Source: an uncultured Clostridia bacterium
GTDB taxonomy: Bacteria > Bacillota > Clostridia > TANB77 > CAG-465
DNA: 64,000 nt
Reading direction: 5' to 3'
NCBI GenBank assembly: GCA_948562205.1
Contig: CAOYAN010000006.1
Location: 1,636-65,635, forward strand
How positions within the stretch are numbered: position 1 is the first letter of the stretch; every line of letters starts with the position of its first letter. A program made the position numbers and the translations under genes. Positions 27,480 to 36,828 of this stretch are shown in pieces. A model generated the notes under the pieces. It did not search any database, was not told where the DNA came from, and was given only the letters and a program-made list of their open reading frames with translations.

Positions 27480-28772
27480 ATGAATATGGACATTACAATG
27501 ATACTTTTAATTATATGTATAGTTTTGCTTGCTATAAATATAATTATCACACTTTCAAAAAGTAAAAACGAGAATAATTCAAAAGAATTTATTCAAGAAT
27601 TTAATTCTATTAGACAAGAACTTTCTACAATGCTTATGCAAACACGTGAAGAAATACAAAAAAATCTTGGAATTAAAATAAATGAAAATGCAAATACTCA
27701 ACAAATGCAACTAGCAAATCTTACAAATTTAAATGAGACAAAACTTGAAAATACACGTAAAAACATGGAAGAAAAACTAGAACTTATTAGAAAAACGGTT
27801 GAAGATAGACTACTTCTACTTCAAAAAGATAATAGTGAAAAACTTGAAAAAATGCGTGCTACAGTTGATGAAAAACTTCAAAGTACATTAGAGCAAAGAC
27901 TTGGTGAATCATTTAAAATTGTAAATGAAAGATTAGAGTCTGTATACAAAGGACTTGGTGAAATGCAAACACTTGCTCAAGGTGTTGGTGATTTAAAGAA
28001 AGTATTTACAAACGTAAAATCTAGAGGGTACTGGGGAGAAATTCAGCTAAGTAACATTTTAGAACAGTTCTTAACTAAAGAACAATACTCAGCAAATGTT
28101 AAAACTAAACCAAAATCTAATGACCTTGTTGAATTTGCTATTAAACTTCCAGGTAGAAATGATAATGAATTTGTATGGCTGCCAGTAGACTCTAAATTTC
28201 CTATTGAAGACTATTCAAGACTTGTTGATGCTGAAGATATAGGAGATGTTGCACTAGTTCAAGAGTCTAGAAAAAAACTTGAAAATTCTATAAAATCATT
28301 TGCAAAAGATATATATGAAAAATATATTGAAGCTCCATATACAACAGACTTTGGTATAATGTTCCTACCTACTGAGAGTCTATACTGTGAAGTATTAAAA
28401 AACACAGGTCTTTGTGAATTTATATCACAAAAATATAGAATTGTTGTATCTGGACCTACTACATTTGTAGCTCTACTTAATAGTTTACAAATGGGATTTA
28501 AAACACTTGCAATTGAAAAAAGAACTAGTGAAGTATGGCAATTACTTGGAATGGTAAAATCTGAATTCTCTAAATTTGGCGAATTACTTGATAAGACAAA
28601 TAAAAAGCTTTTAGAGATATCTTCTACTATGGAACTAGCATCTAGAAAGACCAGAACAATAGAGAGAAAATTAAAAAAAGTTGAGGCACTACCTGTTTCA
28701 AATGAAGAAGAATTCTACTCAACAGATAATCTTTTACCAGAATATGAAATATCTGATACTGAATCAGAATAA
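27480..28772 (+). CDS. rmuC: DNA recombination protein RmuC
   Basis: N-terminal TM, long coiled-coil, then RGYWGEIQLSNILEQ and a C-terminal nuclease-like region typical of RmuC. The start may be the second ATG at 27486. Confidence 0.85.
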   Translation: MNMDITMILLIICIVLLAINIIITLSKSKNENNSKEFIQEFNSIRQELSTMLMQTREEIQKNLGIKINENANTQQMQLANLTNLNETKLENTRKNMEEKLELIRKTVEDRLLLLQKDNSEKLEKMRATVDEKLQSTLEQRLGESFKIVNERLESVYKGLGEMQTLAQGVGDLKKVFTNVKSRGYWGEIQLSNILEQFLTKEQYSANVKTKPKSNDLVEFAIKLPGRNDNEFVWLPVDSKFPIEDYSRLVDAEDIGDVALVQESRKKLENSIKSFAKDIYEKYIEAPYTTDFGIMFLPTESLYCEVLKNTGLCEFISQKYRIVVSGPTTFVALLNSLQMGFKTLAIEKRTSEVWQLLGMVKSEFSKFGELLDKTNKKLLEISSTMELASRKTRTIERKLKKVEALPVSNEEEFYSTDNLLPEYEISDTESE

Positions 28773-28776
28773 ATTT

Positions 28777-28799
28777 AAAGTCACTTTAGTGGCTTTTTT
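28777..28799 (+). terminator. Rho-independent terminator after rmuC
   Basis: AAGTCAC-TTTA-GTGGCTT followed by TTTTT. Confidence 0.6.
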
Positions 28800-28906
28800 T
28801 CTTTATATTTCCCCTACTTTACTTTTTTAAAATATTATGATAAAATAATCATTGAGTTTGAAATTAAAATATTATATATAAAGAATTATTTAAGGAGATG
28901 ATTTTA

Positions 28907-29968
28907 ATGTCTAAAATAAAAGCTATAGTAATGGCAGGTGGAAAAGGAACAAGAATGAAATCCAATCTACCAAAAGTTTTACATAAAGTATATGACAGAT
29001 GTATAATTGATTATGTATGTGATGCATGTGAAAATGCAAGTATAAATGATATTTATGTAATTGTTGGTCATAAACATGAATTAGTTGAAAAAAATCTACA
29101 TGGTAGAGATAATGTAAAATGTATACTACAAAAAGAACAACTAGGTACAGGGCATGCTGTAATGCAAGCAAAAGATTACATTGAAGATGATGACTTAATC
29201 TTAATAGTTAATGGTGACATGCCACTTATATCACCTTATACAATAAAATCTTTTATTTCATTTATTGAACTTGGAAACTTTGATGGAGCTTTAGTATCAG
29301 CTGTTTTTGATAAAACACCTGCATATGGAAGAATTATACGTGATGGTCATGGTAATTTATCAAAAATCGTAGAACAAAAAGATTGTAATGAAGAAGAACT
29401 TGCAATTGAGGAAGTAAATATTGGTCTTTATTGTTTTAAAGGTAAACATTTAAAAGATGCATTTGAAAAACTTGATAATAAAAATGCTCAACAAGAATAC
29501 TATATTACAGATATACCATATCATATAATTGCTACTGGTGGTAGAATTGGTGTATATATGATACAAAATTCTGAAGAAACACAAGGTATAAACTCTAGAT
29601 CAGATTTATCTGTAGTTACTAGAACACTATTACATAATACACGTGAACTACATATGGATAATGGTGTAACTTTAATTGATCCAGATAATACATATATAAG
29701 TTTAGATGTATCAATTGGAAAAGATACTATAATATACCCTGGTACTAATATTCAAGGAGAAACTATAATTGGTGAAAATTGTATAATTGGACCAAACTCA
29801 CATATAATTTCATCAACTATTGGTGATAACACTATAGTTGAAACTAGTAAACTTGATAGAGCATCAATTGGAAGCAATTGTAAAATTGGACCTTTTAGTG
29901 TTATAGGCAAAAATGCATATATAAAAGATAATACTGAAATATCATCTTTTACAGAACTTAAGAATTAA
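28907..29968 (+). CDS. GlmU-like sugar-1-phosphate nucleotidyltransferase with a short left-handed beta-helix tail (353 aa)
   Basis: AIVMAGGKGTRMKSNLPKVLHKV and LGTGHAV match the GlmU/RmlA-type NTP-transferase fold. The C-terminal hexapeptide repeats are shorter than in 456-aa GlmU. ATG 28907 follows AGGAG. Confidence 0.7.
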   Translation: MSKIKAIVMAGGKGTRMKSNLPKVLHKVYDRCIIDYVCDACENASINDIYVIVGHKHELVEKNLHGRDNVKCILQKEQLGTGHAVMQAKDYIEDDDLILIVNGDMPLISPYTIKSFISFIELGNFDGALVSAVFDKTPAYGRIIRDGHGNLSKIVEQKDCNEEELAIEEVNIGLYCFKGKHLKDAFEKLDNKNAQQEYYITDIPYHIIATGGRIGVYMIQNSEETQGINSRSDLSVVTRTLLHNTRELHMDNGVTLIDPDNTYISLDVSIGKDTIIYPGTNIQGETIIGENCIIGPNSHIISSTIGDNTIVETSKLDRASIGSNCKIGPFSVIGKNAYIKDNTEISSFTELKN

Positions 29969-29980
29969 TTGGAGGTAGTC

Positions 29981-30694
29981 ATGGAAAATTTTAAATTAAA
30001 TTATTATTTTGAAGATATGAATAGCTTTGAGCACAAACAAATTTTTAATAATGCTACATATCCTTGGGAAGTTTTAGAAAATGCTAAAGAATATATAAAA
30101 GAAAAAGTTGAAAAAGACAGTGTTAAAATAAATAATGCAGAAATTAGTGAATTTGTTTCAATTTCTGGAAACTATATTATTGGTGAAGGTACAAAAATTC
30201 ATGCAAATGCTGTAATACAAGGACCAGTTATAATTGGTAAAAATGTTGAAATTCAATCAGGTGCCCTTATTAGACCTTATACTATAATTGGAGATAACTG
30301 TGTTGTTGGTCATGCATCTGAAATAAAACATGCTATACTTCAAAATAAAGCAAAAGTAGCATCTCTTGCCTTTGTTGGAGATTCAATACTTGGAAGATCT
30401 GCAAGAATTGGCAGTGGTGTTATATGTGCAAACAGAAGATTTGATCAAAAAAATATAACTGTAAAAAATTCAAATAGTGAAAAAATAGATGTTGGAACTG
30501 ATTTTTTCGGTAGTATTATTGGAGATAATTCAAGACTTGGTGCTAATTCTACCGCACTACCTGGAGCATTTATTGGTAAATATACATGGATACTACCAAA
30601 CGTTCAAGTAAGAGGATTTGTTGAATCTAAAAAACGTGTATTTCCAGTTATGTCTACAAGAATTGAAGAAAATGAAATTATTGAATTAAAATAA
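29981..30694 (+). CDS. Hexapeptide-repeat (LbH) protein, putative acyl/acetyltransferase (237 aa)
   Basis: Repeated [LIV]-G-x4 hexapeptides across aa 70-210. GGAGG before ATG 29981. Directly follows the nucleotidyltransferase. Confidence 0.65.
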   Translation: MENFKLNYYFEDMNSFEHKQIFNNATYPWEVLENAKEYIKEKVEKDSVKINNAEISEFVSISGNYIIGEGTKIHANAVIQGPVIIGKNVEIQSGALIRPYTIIGDNCVVGHASEIKHAILQNKAKVASLAFVGDSILGRSARIGSGVICANRRFDQKNITVKNSNSEKIDVGTDFFGSIIGDNSRLGANSTALPGAFIGKYTWILPNVQVRGFVESKKRVFPVMSTRIEENEIIELK

Positions 30695-30747
30695 TTCATA
30701 TACTCGGACACACAAATTAATGTGTGTCCATTTTCTATCCCCCTAAT

Positions 30748-31428
30748 TTATATATAATTTTTAAATAATACTCTCATATGTCTTATTCCATCTGAAATAG
30801 GTTTTAAATGAGGTTTTCTATTTCTTCTATCTTTCCTAAACTTTATATCTACTTCCGAAAATTTTAAATTGTTTTTCTTAGCTTTTATAAGCATCTCAGT
30901 TGCATACTCAAAGCCAGTGCAACAAAGATTAATATTCTTTATCTTTTCTTTATCAAATCCACGAAGTCCACAGTTATAGTCTTTTATCCCTATATCATAC
31001 ATTATATTTCCAATAGTAGATATAATAGGAGTACCTACATATCTATGTAAAATTGGCATTGCCCCTTTTTCAATATTATTATTTAATCTATTACCAATTA
31101 CTAGATCATATCCTTCTCTTAATTTTTCTAGTACATTACCTAATTCATACATATTATATGAAAAATCAGCATCTCCCATTATTATATATTTTCCATTTGC
31201 TACTTTAGTACCACCAATAAGAGCTGAACCATATCCTTTCTCAGATATACTTACTACTTGTGCCCCTTTACTTTTTACTATCTCTATAGAATTATCACTA
31301 CTGCCATTATCTGCTACTAAAATCTCTCCATCTATATTGTTCTGGTTTAAAAAATTATTTGCTTCGTCTAATACTTGTCCTATTGTTTCTTCTTCATTTA
31401 AACATGGTATCAAAATAGTAAGTTCCAT
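30748..31428 (-). CDS. GT2 glycosyltransferase, polyprenyl-phosphate sugar synthase-like (GtrB/DPM1-type)
   Basis: ILIPCLNEEETIGQV, VADNGSSDNS and GDADFSY motifs. 226 aa, no TM tail. Confidence 0.75.
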   Translation of the reverse strand: MELTILIPCLNEEETIGQVLDEANNFLNQNNIDGEILVADNGSSDNSIEIVKSKGAQVVSISEKGYGSALIGGTKVANGKYIIMGDADFSYNMYELGNVLEKLREGYDLVIGNRLNNNIEKGAMPILHRYVGTPIISTIGNIMYDIGIKDYNCGLRGFDKEKIKNINLCCTGFEYATEMLIKAKKNNLKFSEVDIKFRKDRRNRKPHLKPISDGIRHMRVLFKNYI

Positions 31429-31443
31429 TATTTTTCCTCCGCT

Positions 31444-32799
31444 CTATACTATATAATTTAAAATTATAACTATTAAATTAATAAGTACAAAAATAGTAAA
31501 AATTTCTTTTCTATTATTTTTAAAATATTTATTTAGTATATTTATCATAATTATCTGACTACAAATACATGTAACAATTAAACTTCTATGTGTAAAATAT
31601 GCATGTGATAGCGAATGTTCTCTAACAAGAGCATACCAAATAAATGGAGCAATTCCAATAAATTCTAAGAATAAGTTTTTAGCTATAATATCTGTTACTT
31701 TCCTAAACTTTATTTTCTCAAATATTGCTATTATAATATTTAAAATATATATTATTCCTACATATATAGCTACTGGAAGTCCAATATATACTATATTAAA
31801 TAATTCTACACTAAGTAGTCTTATATTTTTACTACTGCTTCTATATAATGCTTGACCAATTGCATTTTTTACTAAATTTCTATTATATACTAAGTCTACT
31901 ATTATCCATTTAGAAGCCCACATTAAAGCATAACTTATAGCAAATAACGTAATATATTTAATACATGCAATGGTTAACTCTTTTATACTTTTATTATTCT
32001 CCATTAATATTAAAATTATTAATGGAAATACTAAAATTGCTACAGGAATAGTAAGCAAATCAAAAAATGCCGTAAGCATTCCAAGTATAAAGAAAAATTT
32101 TCCATAATATTTTTTATTTATACTAAGTAGTACATTACTTCCAATGAGGATTAGTGAAAATCCTATTGTTTCTTCAAGACAACTATATACTAAATATCCC
32201 TCTGTAACTATAAATCCAAAAATTATAGCAATAATAAATTTAAGCCCAATTTTTTTCTTAATCTTATATAAAAGCATTAAAAATAAAATAAAGTGAAATA
32301 TATAACTTATAATCTTTATTTCAGTATAACTAAATATTGTAAGTAATGGTCTAAGAAATATTAAATGACCATGCCAATATCTTGCATACTCTATTGCTAT
32401 AAGATTTTTTCCTCTCAAAAGCTTTTCAAGTTCCTGAACATGTGGAAAAATTGGTATTTCTTTATCTTCATATGCTTTATCTTCAACTGTAGTATCAGTT
32501 ACTCCATCTACATAATTTGTTCTTGCAAAAAGCATAGAATAAAAAGGATGTTTACTATCAACACTATATGCCATATTTATCATCATAGCATCAGCATAGG
32601 TATCAAACATTATCTCTTTATTAAAAACTGGTATAATTTTTTTACTACCACTTTTGTTAATATCTAAAATCGATCTTTCAATATTAGGTAATAATTTTAC
32701 TGATGGTATAAGACATGATAGATACATAAGTATCATACAAATACATAATGTAACAATAAATATTGCTATATATTTAAGACTTTCTAAAATCTTTTTCAT
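31444..32799 (-). CDS. Polytopic membrane protein (~451 aa), possible GT-C-type glycosyltransferase partner of the GT2
   Basis: More than 10 hydrophobic helices with a ~120-aa loop after TM1. The likely start is MKKILESL at 32799 after AAAGGAAG. The function is inferred only from context. Confidence 0.5.
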   Translation of the reverse strand: MKKILESLKYIAIFIVTLCICMILMYLSCLIPSVKLLPNIERSILDINKSGSKKIIPVFNKEIMFDTYADAMMINMAYSVDSKHPFYSMLFARTNYVDGVTDTTVEDKAYEDKEIPIFPHVQELEKLLRGKNLIAIEYARYWHGHLIFLRPLLTIFSYTEIKIISYIFHFILFLMLLYKIKKKIGLKFIIAIIFGFIVTEGYLVYSCLEETIGFSLILIGSNVLLSINKKYYGKFFFILGMLTAFFDLLTIPVAILVFPLIILILMENNKSIKELTIACIKYITLFAISYALMWASKWIIVDLVYNRNLVKNAIGQALYRSSSKNIRLLSVELFNIVYIGLPVAIYVGIIYILNIIIAIFEKIKFRKVTDIIAKNLFLEFIGIAPFIWYALVREHSLSHAYFTHRSLIVTCICSQIIMINILNKYFKNNRKEIFTIFVLINLIVIILNYIV

Positions 32800-33024
32800 A
32801 ACTAACTTCCTTTTCCATATATTTTTTTCTCTTATAGTTTGAACTAAAACTATATTATCATTAATATTATATTTTTTCAATAATAAAAGCGAAATAAAAA
32901 ATTTTACTCACGTTTTTTCAAGTTATTTTCTGTATAATTTATAGTTTTTTTATCAAATCACTTGTATAATTTTTCTCTTTATTATACAATTTATTTAGAT
33001 ATTAGCTTTTACGGAGGATAAAAT

Positions 33025-34746
33025 ATGAACTATCTAAATAGACTAAAAGAAAAATGTAATTTAAATAATGAATTTATGGATGTAGTATATAACATATTTA
33101 ACAAATTAATTGAATTTGGATATATTACTTCAAGAACTTCTAAAATACTTGAGAGAAGACTTTATGAAAATATAGATGTGGTATTATTTGATGCTGATGT
33201 CTCTCATGACTATAAAACTGGATACTATGATGCAGTAAAAAAGGAACTATATATAAAAGATATTAAAAATATAGAATCTATAACACTTCGTATACTTTAT
33301 GCTATGACTACTACAGAAATTTCAAAAGAAGCTTTTAATGTTGGTTATTCTACTGCTTTTATGTCTAATACTAGTTACAAAATAATACATAAAAACTTTG
33401 GTATAAATAGAGCTGTAGTCTCAAATCTAGCTTGTAGACTACTATATACTGTTCCTACTACTTTAAGTATTGTTCCAACATATAGAACATATGAAAATGA
33501 CTTTTTAGGTAACAAAATATCTAGTGATAATGACATATATTTTCTAGAAGGAAAGCTCTTAAGTGAAATTTGCTTTGCGTTTAATATTGATGAAGAAGAT
33601 TTATACTTTAATCTATTTACTAATCCTAAAAAATATTTAAATAAATTTTTAGCAAAAATAAAATTACAAGAACCTAAAAAACTTCTTGAATTATTTGATA
33701 TTGTTAGTAGAAAATATTCGAACTACAACAAACTCATATATTTAAATAAATTACTAGATACAAATTATATAGAAATAAAAAAACATGCTCTAAGTGATGA
33801 CAATACTACTCTTCTTACTGAGAAAAAGAGAATAAAGCTCTCTATTAAAACAACACTTGAAAAACTTTCAGAAAAAAAGATAAAAAAAGATACTAAATAC
33901 GATGATAATATTGAGCTTAGTTTATCTGAAGAAATATCCAAGTTAGAAGAAATAATAATAAAAAATATTGTAAATATTCAAAATATATTAGTAGATACTC
34001 TAATAGAAAATGAATTAAGCTATGCTACTATTCCATATGTAATAAAATTAAAAACACTAGAGAAAATATTACTTGTTGAAAACTCTAAATTAAAACAACA
34101 AATATATAATGTTATAACATATAGAGTACTTAATACATTTGAAAATACAGCATCAAATCTAATTGAGAAAATAAAATACAGTATTGCAAATGAAGTATTA
34201 TCTTCTGATAAATACATAAAAATATACAAGGATATGAAATTTAAAAGATTATTTAATCTATCATATAAAGAAAATACTTCAATTGCTGCAATATCTGTTG
34301 ATAACTCTTTTTTACAACTTGTTGAGATATCCTCTCTAAACAGACAAGCAAAATTTTTAAGTAATAATGCAAAACCTATACATTTAGATAGTTTTGGTTA
34401 CTTATTAAACAATTTAAGTTCAAAACAGGATACCGATAAATTAGAAAAAATTTATACGAATATGAAATCAGAATTAAAAGAGCTATCCGATGTAAGCATT
34501 GAAAATGTATACATGACTAACTTTGATTTAGGATTTAATTTAATAGTAGTTGCACAAGATAGTGATTTTAAGATAATTAAATTTACAGAAAATGGAGATA
34601 TTTTAAAATATAAACTAGTAAAATTATCAGAGAGTTATTCAATATTTAATCAAAACTCAACAAACACAAACTTACCAATTGCATATAAAAAGAATATGTC
34701 TAGTATAAAGAAAATGTTTACTTTCTTTATTTCAATTTTTTCATAA
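33025..34746 (+). CDS. Hypothetical protein, 573 aa
   Basis: Strong RBS (GGAGGA) and a Lys/Asn/Ile-rich soluble sequence. No motif recognised. Confidence 0.6.
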   Translation: MNYLNRLKEKCNLNNEFMDVVYNIFNKLIEFGYITSRTSKILERRLYENIDVVLFDADVSHDYKTGYYDAVKKELYIKDIKNIESITLRILYAMTTTEISKEAFNVGYSTAFMSNTSYKIIHKNFGINRAVVSNLACRLLYTVPTTLSIVPTYRTYENDFLGNKISSDNDIYFLEGKLLSEICFAFNIDEEDLYFNLFTNPKKYLNKFLAKIKLQEPKKLLELFDIVSRKYSNYNKLIYLNKLLDTNYIEIKKHALSDDNTTLLTEKKRIKLSIKTTLEKLSEKKIKKDTKYDDNIELSLSEEISKLEEIIIKNIVNIQNILVDTLIENELSYATIPYVIKLKTLEKILLVENSKLKQQIYNVITYRVLNTFENTASNLIEKIKYSIANEVLSSDKYIKIYKDMKFKRLFNLSYKENTSIAAISVDNSFLQLVEISSLNRQAKFLSNNAKPIHLDSFGYLLNNLSSKQDTDKLEKIYTNMKSELKELSDVSIENVYMTNFDLGFNLIVVAQDSDFKIIKFTENGDILKYKLVKLSESYSIFNQNSTNTNLPIAYKKNMSSIKKMFTFFISIFS

Positions 34747-34751
34747 ATAAG

Positions 34752-34775
34752 AGACTGGATCACTCCAGTCTTTTA
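34752..34775. terminator. Bidirectional terminator between convergent genes
   Basis: AGACTGGA-TCAC-TCCAGTCT followed by TTTATTTT. Confidence 0.7.
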
Positions 34776-34781
34776 TTTTAA

Positions 34782-35153
34782 TTAATCTTTTAATGGATTT
34801 CCATCAGCATCTGTATTCATACTTCCTGTTAAAATAAGGATACCTTCAATTAATCCCCATATTTCAGAAACTACTGATAAAGTAAAGCATGAAAGTACAG
34901 TTATAAGTAATTGAGCTATAGCTTTACCTGTATATCCAAGATAGAAGTTATGAACACCAAAAGCTCCTAAGAATATTCCAAAAAGACCTGCAGCCATTTT
35001 TGATTTTTGAGAAGTTGCTTGTGTACTAGTTGTAGTATTTTCATTAACTACATTTTCTGTACCTGTTGCAGTCTCAGTATTTCTTACTGCTTCACATTCT
35101 GCGCAATATTCTTTTCCTTCTTCGATTTCTTTTCCACAATCTTTACAATACAT
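34782..35153 (-). CDS. Zinc-ribbon plus TM2-domain protein
   Basis: MYCKDCGKEIEEGKEYCAEC zinc ribbon, low-complexity linker, then GIFLGAFGVHNFYLGYTGKAI, the TM2 signature. Confidence 0.75.
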   Translation of the reverse strand: MYCKDCGKEIEEGKEYCAECEAVRNTETATGTENVVNENTTTSTQATSQKSKMAAGLFGIFLGAFGVHNFYLGYTGKAIAQLLITVLSCFTLSVVSEIWGLIEGILILTGSMNTDADGNPLKD

Positions 35154-35246
35154 CTTAATACCTCCTAACAATATATTTATATTATACCATTTATATACAA
35201 ATATTCAATATTTATTACATTTTTTTCTTAAGTATTATTTAATTTT

Positions 35247-35672
35247 TTATATAATTCTTATATTCCAAATAATAAGTAACAAATTTTTTATAAAAAACTG
35301 TACAAAAATAATTACTGGCATTAAAATAAGAAGTGTATTATTTAGCTTCATACCAGAAAAATCTTTCTTAAATATTAGTGATATTGTATTTAAAATCATA
35401 AATAAACTAAACACAAATACAATATATATTATTACTGGATGATATTTTATACTTCCTATTATATCTCCCTTAATTAACGCTTTAACTGCTCTAGTGCCAC
35501 CACAACCTGGACAATAATATCCAGTCTTCTCTAATAATTTGCATGGAACATTAATATCTAATATATTAATATTATATATATTTAATATTAATAGGAATAT
35601 CAAAATCAAAGATATTCCTATTAATCCTATAATATATAAAGTTTTTTCTTCAGAATAATTACTATTTTTCAT
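35247..35672 (-). CDS. DUF2752-family membrane protein
   Basis: CPGCGGTRA motif after TM1, with 4 hydrophobic helices. Confidence 0.65.
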   Translation of the reverse strand: MKNSNYSEEKTLYIIGLIGISLILIFLLILNIYNINILDINVPCKLLEKTGYYCPGCGGTRAVKALIKGDIIGSIKYHPVIIYIVFVFSLFMILNTISLIFKKDFSGMKLNNTLLILMPVIIFVQFFIKNLLLIIWNIRII

Positions 35673-35674
35673 AA

Positions 35675-36145
35675 TTAATCTTTTAATGGGTTACCTTTTC
35701 CGTCTTTATCTATTGAACCAGCAAGTATCATTATACCTTCAATAAGTCCCCATACACTAATTCCTAAAGGTGCTAAGCAACTAAGTCCAAATGTACATAT
35801 AGAAAGTAAATATCCAACAGCACTTACAGATACTTGAATTATAGCTTTTGAAGTATATCCAAGATAGAAATTATGAACACCAAATTGACCTAAGAATATT
35901 CCAAGAAGACCTGCAGCCATTTTGGATTTTAATTCAGCACTTGTAGTATTTGTAGTTGTTGTATTCTCAGTTTTTGCTTCAGTTTTAACTTCTACTTTTT
36001 CTTCTTCAACTTTTACTTCTGTTTCAACTGGCTCTACTACTTCCTCTACTTTAGTTTCTTCTACTACTACTTCTTCTTTTGGTTCACAATCTGCGCAATA
36101 TTCCTTTCCGTCTTCTACTTCTTTTCCACAATTTTTACAATACAT
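35675..36145 (-). CDS. Zinc-ribbon plus TM2-domain protein (paralog)
   Basis: MYCKNCGKEVEDGKEYCADC, an E/V/K-rich linker, then GIFLGQFGVHNFYLGYTSKAI. ATG 36145 follows AAGGAGGA. Confidence 0.75.
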   Translation of the reverse strand: MYCKNCGKEVEDGKEYCADCEPKEEVVVEETKVEEVVEPVETEVKVEEEKVEVKTEAKTENTTTTNTTSAELKSKMAAGLLGIFLGQFGVHNFYLGYTSKAIIQVSVSAVGYLLSICTFGLSCLAPLGISVWGLIEGIMILAGSIDKDGKGNPLKD

Positions 36146-36213
36146 AATAAATTCCTCCTTAATATTATATATTACAATTATAGCATTTATATAAAAATAA
36201 TACAATAATTTTT

Positions 36214-36816
36214 TTATTTTTTTACAATACTTATAGCCACTCCATCCCCTATTTTTACAAGAGTGGATTTAAGTCTTTTATCCTCTTCAATAATTCTTAA
36301 ATATTCTCTTAATCTATTTGTTGCAGTTCTATGCTTATGTTCATTATAATCAGATAGAACTCTACCTTTAAATAAAACATTGTCAGCAATTATAACTCCA
36401 CCGTTTTTTATAAGTCTTATTGCCTCTTTAAGAAATACTAAATATTGTCCTTTTGCTGCATCAATAAATACTACATCATACGTATTTTCCTCATCTAAAG
36501 TCTCTAAATACTTAGTAGCATCAGCATGTATTAATTCAATTTTTTCTTCAAGTCCCATACTTGCAATATTTTCTCTTGCAATATTTGCCATATTCTCTTT
36601 TATTTCTATAGTTTTAATTTTTGCATTCTCTCCCTCAAGATATCTTGAAAAGTTTATTGCAGAATATCCTACTGCCGTTCCAATTTCTAGTATCTTATTT
36701 GGCTTTTTTAAACTTAAAACCATAAGAATTAAATCAAGAGATTCATCTTGTAAAATAGGTACATGACTCTCTAGTGCTTCTTCTTTAATTTTACTTAATA
36801 TATTTTCATCAAACAT
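36214..36816 (-). CDS. Class I SAM-dependent O-methyltransferase (family 3, YrrM/TrmR-like)
   Basis: ILEIGTAVGYS motif I, DVVFIDAAK and IIADNVLFKG, typical of the caffeoyl-CoA OMT-like family. Confidence 0.75.
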   Translation of the reverse strand: MFDENILSKIKEEALESHVPILQDESLDLILMVLSLKKPNKILEIGTAVGYSAINFSRYLEGENAKIKTIEIKENMANIARENIASMGLEEKIELIHADATKYLETLDEENTYDVVFIDAAKGQYLVFLKEAIRLIKNGGVIIADNVLFKGRVLSDYNEHKHRTATNRLREYLRIIEEDKRLKSTLVKIGDGVAISIVKK

Positions 36817-36828
36817 TTTTATCCCTAC

